A DNA stretch of 64,000 bases, taken from contig JBAZJU010000003.1 in NCBI GenBank assembly GCA_041651155.1, positions 19,789-83,788 of the forward strand, written 5' to 3'. Positions 58,701-64,000 of this stretch are shown here, piece after piece. The DNA comes from Patescibacteria group bacterium. GTDB taxonomy: Bacteria > Patescibacteriota > Patescibacteriia > CAIXNZ01. Below the pieces are notes generated by a model, which did not search any database, was not told the origin of the DNA, and was given only the letters and a program-made list of their open reading frames with translations. Position 1 is the first letter of the stretch. Each line of letters begins with the position of its first letter. A program made the translations under genes and the position numbers.

Positions 58701-58721
58701 TAGTTTGCCCAAATAACATAG

Positions 58722-59154
58722 TTTGCCCAAATAAAAGAGAGAGAATCAGTTGACTCTCTCTCGCCCTCAAGGTAATGCTAGCTTAGCCCCTTTAAATGAG
58801 CCACGCTCATTCACCTCGTTTTGCCAAGGTGACTCTTGTTCCTTAAGGGATATAAACTTTTTAGAAACTCGTCGCGAGATCCCCACTAACTTCGACGAAG
58901 TGATTTTTTTATAAGAACAACGGAATGATAGATTATTGTCTCAGCTCGTTAGGCCTGGGCATTTAAGGGTTTTACCTTAAACGACAATATGTGTGGGGTT
59001 GCCCTGCTTGGGATAACTTCCACGTCACATGACGTGCAACTCTATTTCTAGAGCCTAAAAATAGATTAGCATATCTTTAAAATTTTGTCAAGCCCGTTGT
59101 AGATAATTTTTGCCCAAATAAAAGAGAGAGAATCAGTTGACTCTCTCTCGCCCT
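58722..59154. repeat. 46-bp exact direct repeat containing a terminator hairpin (58722-58767 and 59109-59154)
   Basis: TTTGCCCAAATAAAAGAGAGAGAATCAGTTGACTCTCTCTCGCCCT twice. Confidence 0.9.
58733..59091 (-). ncRNA. Candidate branched RNA unit (~320 nt) between the direct repeats
   Basis: TTGACA-17-TAATCT 59091-59063; many hairpins; no ORF in track. Confidence 0.6.
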
Positions 59155-59171
59155 TAATAAGGGATATAAAT

Positions 59172-59351
59172 TTAGTTTGTCGGGCTGTCTTCCTCAACCG
59201 TCTTGAGATCTGGCATCTCACTTAGGCTGATAGCAAGCAACCATCTTGCCTTTTTCCTTAATTTGCGGATACGTGTCGCATCCTTCTCAGAAAGTGGCTT
59301 TGACATTAGCTTCCGTAATTCCTCATCATTTAATTTCCTTGTATCCAACAT
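59172..59351 (-). CDS. Small helical protein, paralog 3
   Basis: MLDTRKLNDEELRKLMSKPLSEKDA...WLLA; AAAGGAGG SD. Confidence 0.7.
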   Translation of the reverse strand: MLDTRKLNDEELRKLMSKPLSEKDATRIRKLRKKARWLLAISLSEMPDLKTVEEDSPTN

Positions 59352-59353
59352 GA

Positions 59354-59533
59354 TCAATCCTCCTTTTCATCATCGGGTTCATTTTTCTCACGTTCCATTT
59401 GCTCAAGATTGGAAGCAAGCAAGCCTCTATCGGCTTCTCTTATCTCACGTAACCACTGCACTTCCTCCTTGGACATTGGAGCAAATATCAATTTGCGAAG
59501 CTGTTCATGGGTTAATTGTTTCGTTCTACGCAT
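59354..59533 (-). CDS. Small helical protein, paralog 2
   Basis: MRRTKQLTHEQLRKLIFAPMSKEE...ADRGLLA; GAGGAGG SD. Confidence 0.7.
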   Translation of the reverse strand: MRRTKQLTHEQLRKLIFAPMSKEEVQWLREIREADRGLLASNLEQMEREKNEPDDEKED

Positions 59534-59686
59534 GATTCTCCCTCCTCGTTTTAGGCAATGCACCAAAGATGCACGCCAAGTTAAGGTTGCTGTTTCGGAG
59601 CCTACTTTCTCTATTTTTTTTACAGCACCCGAGGAGGTTTTAAAATGGGGGTCAAAGGTGACCCCCGCACAAATTTTTGCCCGAAC

Positions 59687-59857
59687 TTAATCAGGTTCCG
59701 ATTCGGTTTCCTCGCGATCCATGTCAAAAAGATTACGTGCCAAAAGCCAGCTATCAGCTTTATCAGCTTCGCGTAGTCTCTCCGCGTCCTCTTTAGAAAG
59801 AGGCTTAAACAATAATTCACGAATTTGTTCAGCAGTTAGGTTTTTAATATCTGACAT
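59687..59857 (-). CDS. Small helical protein, paralog 1 (not in ORF track)
   Basis: MSDIKNLTAEQIRELLFKPLSKEDAERLREADKADSWLLARNLFDMDREETESEPD; promoter 60009-59981. Confidence 0.7.
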   Translation of the reverse strand: MSDIKNLTAEQIRELLFKPLSKEDAERLREADKADSWLLARNLFDMDREETESEPD

Positions 59858-60056
59858 TAAGAAACCCCCTTTCAGGCATTTTTTGCCTTGTTAATGGTTG
59901 CCGTTTAGAAAACTACTTCTTTTTTTCTTTCGGCTACCGAGGAGGTTTTAAAATGTAATATAAATGTACTTTGTTAAAGCAGTATAGCGCATTTTGAAAA
60001 AATTGTCAACCCAGCACTTCGCGAAGAGCTGGGTCAATGGTTTAGCAATTTAAAAA

Positions 60057-60158
60057 GCGAAAACGCACCTTTGTCCTCACGTCATCCAGAGCGAATCGTG
60101 GGATCCTTGAAATCAAGGATTCTTCACTCCGTTCTGAATGACAAGGGGGCGTTTTCGC
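60057..60158. repeat. GTCAT/ATGAC REP-like element
   Basis: GTCATCCAGAGC...TCAAGGATTCTTC...CTGAATGAC within GCGAAAACGC/GCGTTTTCGC. Confidence 0.65.
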
Positions 60159-61309
60159 TAATTTTTAGGCGCATAAGTATAGACATTCCTTGCATTCCAA
60201 AGTAAATAGCCATAAGTACCAGCTTGCGAGGCGGCTTTGATTTGTAAATCAACCATAGCCGGCGTATATATTGCTCCCATATTAAAATCTTGCAACCAAG
60301 GTCTGATTTTAGCGCGCACGTTTTCCACTACTATAAGGCTTTCTTCACCTTTGGTTAAAGCATAGTTTACAACTTTATAGGGCTCAGCAGCTGGATTTTT
60401 TATATTCAAATATCCGCTGGGATAATGAGAAGGATAAACCATAGGGCAAACATAATCAAAATAAAGCGCCGCATCTTCTATTTGCTGGCCAATATTCATA
60501 TCATCTGTTCTTTCAGTAGTAAAGCCAAATAAATCAGCGGAAATATAGGCCGGTTCGGTTTTTAAATTTTCATACAAATACTTAAAAAATTCTTTCATCA
60601 CATAAGCCTTTGGCTTGCCGCCAAAGCCGGCAAATTTCATCTGCGCCATTGGACCGTCAGATGGAAAACGGATATAATCAAAATTCACTTCGTCAAATCC
60701 GAGAGAGATCGCTTCTTTGGCAATATCTAAATTATATTTCCAAACCTCCTGATTAGTCGGATCAGCCCAGGCCAAACCTTTATAATCGTGCCAGACGCCG
60801 CCAGTACTGCTATTCTGAACAGCCCAAGTTGGCTTTTTATTAGTTAAAGCAGGATCTTGAAAAACAGTCTGCCTGGCAATGACATAGATATTATTATCAT
60901 GCAGTTTTTTTATTAAACCAGGCACATCTTTGATTAAATTACGATCTGTTTGCAATTGGTTGACCAAATCAATTTGGCTATCATAAGCAATTACTCCGGA
61001 ATAATCTTTTATGTCTATAACCACTGCATTTAATGCGCTGCCTTTCATAAAACTAATAATATTATCAATTTTGGCAGATGACCCCGCACTGTTAGAAGTC
61101 AAATAAAGGCCTTTAATTTCTTTGGCAGCTGGTTTGGCTCTTTTTATTTCTTTAACTTTTTCAGTAATTTGCACATTTAAAGTTTTATTAATTTGGTTGC
61201 TTGTATTTTGGGCAAAAATTTCTGATCGACTAGTAAAAAAATAAAAGATAGCTGCGCCAATGGTAGCAACTAAAATAACATTTACTAAAATTAAAAATAA
61301 TTTTCGCAT
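60158..61309 (-). CDS. Putative glycoside hydrolase (DUF4015-like TIM barrel), membrane anchored
   Basis: NAVVIDIKD, GFDEVNFDYIRFP, PMVYPSHY, RPWLQDF. Confidence 0.8.
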   Translation of the reverse strand: MRKLFLILVNVILVATIGAAIFYFFTSRSEIFAQNTSNQINKTLNVQITEKVKEIKRAKPAAKEIKGLYLTSNSAGSSAKIDNIISFMKGSALNAVVIDIKDYSGVIAYDSQIDLVNQLQTDRNLIKDVPGLIKKLHDNNIYVIARQTVFQDPALTNKKPTWAVQNSSTGGVWHDYKGLAWADPTNQEVWKYNLDIAKEAISLGFDEVNFDYIRFPSDGPMAQMKFAGFGGKPKAYVMKEFFKYLYENLKTEPAYISADLFGFTTERTDDMNIGQQIEDAALYFDYVCPMVYPSHYPSGYLNIKNPAAEPYKVVNYALTKGEESLIVVENVRAKIRPWLQDFNMGAIYTPAMVDLQIKAASQAGTYGYLLWNARNVYTYAPKN

Positions 61310-61912
61310 TTATTTTAATCCTTTATCTTCATCAATTGTTATTTGCGCTGGTATAGTTGGGAATTCAAAAACTGTATTAATTGGCTTAATAACTTTATAA
61401 TTTGTGAAATAAAAATTTTCCAAATTAATGACTTTTTTTTGCCAATCAGCTCCGTAAACTTCAGTTAACAGCGCCTTATCATTAATCGCGCTTATTTGGC
61501 CATTACTTACCACTAAATAAATATTTGGATCAGTTGGTGTTTGCATTAAACTGCCTGGCCGCAAAGTAACATTGCCGCCCAAAGGCGTTTCATAAAGCTT
61601 ATTTAAGTCATACTCCATGATATCCGCCACGCTGATTTGCGCAAACCATGATTTATAGGTCTCAATGGTCGGGAAAATGTATCTCTTGCCATCCGCCCCA
61701 TAATAGTAGATGTCGTTACTTTCACTCCTTTTAAGCTTATTAAACTCAGCTGAAGCAAATTTATAATTTTGATAATTAGCTGCTTGCTTTTTGGCATTAT
61801 TAATTTGCTTGGTTTCACTATTTTTACCCAAGGTTAACAGGCCCATAATTCCGATTATACTTATAAAAAGAATTACAACGCCAATAATAAAATATTTATA
61901 GAATTTTTTCAT
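61310..61912 (-). CDS. Membrane-anchored surface protein
   Basis: N-terminal TM; IYY..DGKRYIFP...YKSWF module resembling repeats in 9563-10966. Confidence 0.6.
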   Translation of the reverse strand: MKKFYKYFIIGVVILFISIIGIMGLLTLGKNSETKQINNAKKQAANYQNYKFASAEFNKLKRSESNDIYYYGADGKRYIFPTIETYKSWFAQISVADIMEYDLNKLYETPLGGNVTLRPGSLMQTPTDPNIYLVVSNGQISAINDKALLTEVYGADWQKKVINLENFYFTNYKVIKPINTVFEFPTIPAQITIDEDKGLK

Positions 61913-62002
61913 AAAATTTTTAATTTAATATGTGCTTATAGTTTAGCAAAAAATACGATTTTTTCAACTCCCTTTTTAAAAAGCCTTGTTTTAACAAGGC
62001 CT

Positions 62003-63325
62003 TTACTGCTCCCTTTTTACAGTTTTTATAATAATCCATTTTTCTAATTTGCGAATATCAGCCAAAAGTTCACTTCTGGTTTTGGCATTTAAAGTAAAGC
62101 CAACTACAAATGTGTGGCCGTGTTTTGACAATCCAGCATAATCCCCCACTCTTTTTTCCTGCCTAAATTTGACTAAAGATTTTAATTCTTGGGCTTTTTT
62201 CAAACCCTTAATGGCAACTATTTTGCCGGATTTATGCGGCCAGAATTTCATAAAAACTGTCTGTAGATTCTTGGTCTTTTTTAAAACAGGTTTTTTGCCT
62301 AAATGGATTAATAAATCATTTAAATTGTGGCATAAGCCAAATGAGTAATAAAGAAGTTCTTCCCGAAACCCGCCTGTTCTGCAGGCTAATTCTATCACTT
62401 TCCAGCCTTTGGGCGTTTTCATTAATTCACAATGGACAGTGCAGGAACGCAAGCCAACTGCATGAATGGCTTTAGCCACGACATCTTGTGCTTTAAGCTC
62501 TTCTTCTTTCACTAAAACAGAAGGTGTAATTTGAGTGTACATGAATAAATCATCATAACCTGCGTCTTTCCCGGTTTTAATTTCAATGATCGGAGTATTA
62601 TAAATTCTGCCATAAGAATTAACATAGGCATCAATAGAATACATCTGGCCCTCCATTAATTCCTCAACAATTATCTTAGGCTCTGTTTCAGCAAAATCTT
62701 TTTTATAAAGCGTATTTATTTTACGAAAAGCATCTTTTAAATTTTTTTCCAGTTCTTCTTTATAATAGCAATTAATAACCAGTTTGCTTTTGGATAAATT
62801 AGTCGGCTTTATAACACAGGGAAAACCGACTCGCTCAATAATTTTTTTTATGGTTACCTCTGTGTATTTTTTTACTCGGATAAATTTAGGTGTAATCTGC
62901 GGATAATATCTTTTGAAAGCTTTGCGCATTTCCAATTTATCATTAGCAATCAAAATTGAACGCGACGACGGATTTTTCAAATATGGGAATAATTCTACGA
63001 CCCTGGCATATAAAGGCATGGGAGCTTCATATTTACAAATAGTAATGGCAATCTGGTTGTGATAATCTACCAAGGCTTTTTCTATCAACTCAATTTCGTC
63101 AATTTGGCAACGCACAATCTGGCTTAATAAACCCTGGATTTTGGGCTGGATTTTACGCTTAAGGCTGGTCAGCAAAAAAGGCCTGAATTTTTGGCCTAGC
63201 TCTTTTTCTAATTGTTTTACACTTTCAAGAATAGCGCTTGAAACAGTGCCGATAAATAAGATTATATCTTTTTCGCTTTTAATTTTACCATTGCTTGGTT
63301 TTGAGCGAGACAAGCCGTTAGGCAT
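62003..63325 (-). CDS. ATP-grasp domain protein
   Basis: DKLEMR, GFPCVIKP, IVEELMEG, HCE, IELACRTGG. Confidence 0.85.
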   Translation of the reverse strand: MPNGLSRSKPSNGKIKSEKDIILFIGTVSSAILESVKQLEKELGQKFRPFLLTSLKRKIQPKIQGLLSQIVRCQIDEIELIEKALVDYHNQIAITICKYEAPMPLYARVVELFPYLKNPSSRSILIANDKLEMRKAFKRYYPQITPKFIRVKKYTEVTIKKIIERVGFPCVIKPTNLSKSKLVINCYYKEELEKNLKDAFRKINTLYKKDFAETEPKIIVEELMEGQMYSIDAYVNSYGRIYNTPIIEIKTGKDAGYDDLFMYTQITPSVLVKEEELKAQDVVAKAIHAVGLRSCTVHCELMKTPKGWKVIELACRTGGFREELLYYSFGLCHNLNDLLIHLGKKPVLKKTKNLQTVFMKFWPHKSGKIVAIKGLKKAQELKSLVKFRQEKRVGDYAGLSKHGHTFVVGFTLNAKTRSELLADIRKLEKWIIIKTVKREQ

Positions 63326-63495
63326 AAAATTTGTTTAATAAAAAACTTAAAAAGAGAAGTAATTTTTCTTCTCTCCAGCTATATTTGTTTTATGGTTAAA
63401 AAATCTCATATTTTCTTGCAAACACTGAAATTATAGCATTTGATTTTAAGCAAATCAATAAATTTTTGTCAATCCATTTATAACCATTAACGGCC

Positions 63496-64000
63496 TTAAT
63501 TAATTTGATATACATAAATAGAAATATCATTTGGCCTGGGCTTATCAATTACAATCGGCTGCCAGCCTTCAACGAGAAACGCATATGAAATAATTTTAGC
63601 GCCGGGCTTTAATTCTCTGGCTAATTTTTGTTTCAATTTATTGGCAATAGTCGCAGGTACACCAAAAAAATATACAACGTCAGCATCTGATAAATTTTCT
63701 TTAAATAAATTTTTCCGTCTAAAAATTAGATTTTTATTTTTTATAAAAAATTGACGAAATTTACAAATTAAATAAAGAGGCAAAACTCTTTCCAAGCCAA
63801 TTATCTGAGCTGAAGAATTTTTCTGGATATAAATGCTTACCCTGCCATTGCCGCAGCCAAGTTCATAAAATTTCTCACCAGGCTTTAACTCGGCTAGTTT
63901 AAGTATTCTGGGCAGATCTTTTTTCCTGGTAGGCACCCAGGGCGCAAAAGATATTGCTGCCAAGCCAAAAGAAAGAATAATCAAGAATAATACAAAGATA
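63496..64000 (-). CDS. Class I SAM-dependent methyltransferase (start probably beyond window)
   Basis: APWVPT, ELGCGNGR, ELKPGAKIIS. Confidence 0.85.
   Translation of the reverse strand, partial: IFVLFLIILSFGLAAISFAPWVPTRKKDLPRILKLAELKPGEKFYELGCGNGRVSIYIQKNSSAQIIGLERVLPLYLICKFRQFFIKNKNLIFRRKNLFKENLSDADVVYFFGVPATIANKLKQKLARELKPGAKIISYAFLVEGWQPIVIDKPRPNDISIYVYQIN

Noticed and set aside
59620-59820. 66-aa minus-strand ORF in track
   Set aside because: Wrong frame; the paralog-matching ORF is 59687-59857
59631-59958. Plus-strand GAGGAGG-ATG starts at 59645 and 59953
   Set aside because: One is ATG-TAA and the other is antisense to a real gene; better explained as minus-strand anti-SD sequences
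1-64000. Prophage, IS, integron integrase, reverse transcriptase, tRNA/rRNA, stop-codon reassignment
   Set aside because: No such genes recognised; core genes are full-length under standard stops and mutS ends in TGA

Overview
AT-rich bacterial chromosome segment using the standard stop codons. Gene content and style (short AlaS without C-Ala, RpoA without a C-terminal domain, degenerate PriA, SD-less housekeeping genes) suggest Patescibacteria/CPR; this is inference only. The backbone carries clpB (with a perfect CIRCE), AmmeMemoRadiSam genes, priA-def-fmt, dinB, a glycosyltransferase/flippase cluster, the infA-rpmJ-rpsM-K-D-rpoA-rplQ-rplM-rpsI block, alaS, mnmA, mutL and mutS. Between and inside these operons sit over 20 self-contained units with one shared layout: TTGACA, a 16-18 bp spacer, (TG)n-TAnnnT, cargo, then an intrinsic terminator. 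Protein cargos almost all have strong AGGAG(G) ribosome-binding sites, which the core genes lack. About seven units carry no credible ORF and instead contain branched, 5'/3'-closed RNA-like folds of ~100-460 nt. Three of these form a tandem array with homologous terminator/promoter boundaries (21.99-23.58 kb), next to a catalytically degenerate TrpRS paralog and a radical SAM/kinase/radical SAM operon. This cassette and ncRNA architecture is my best candidate for an undescribed system. All pairings and promoters were read by eye; no folding, homology search or expression data were available. I recognised no tRNA, rRNA, CRISPR array, integrase or transposase.
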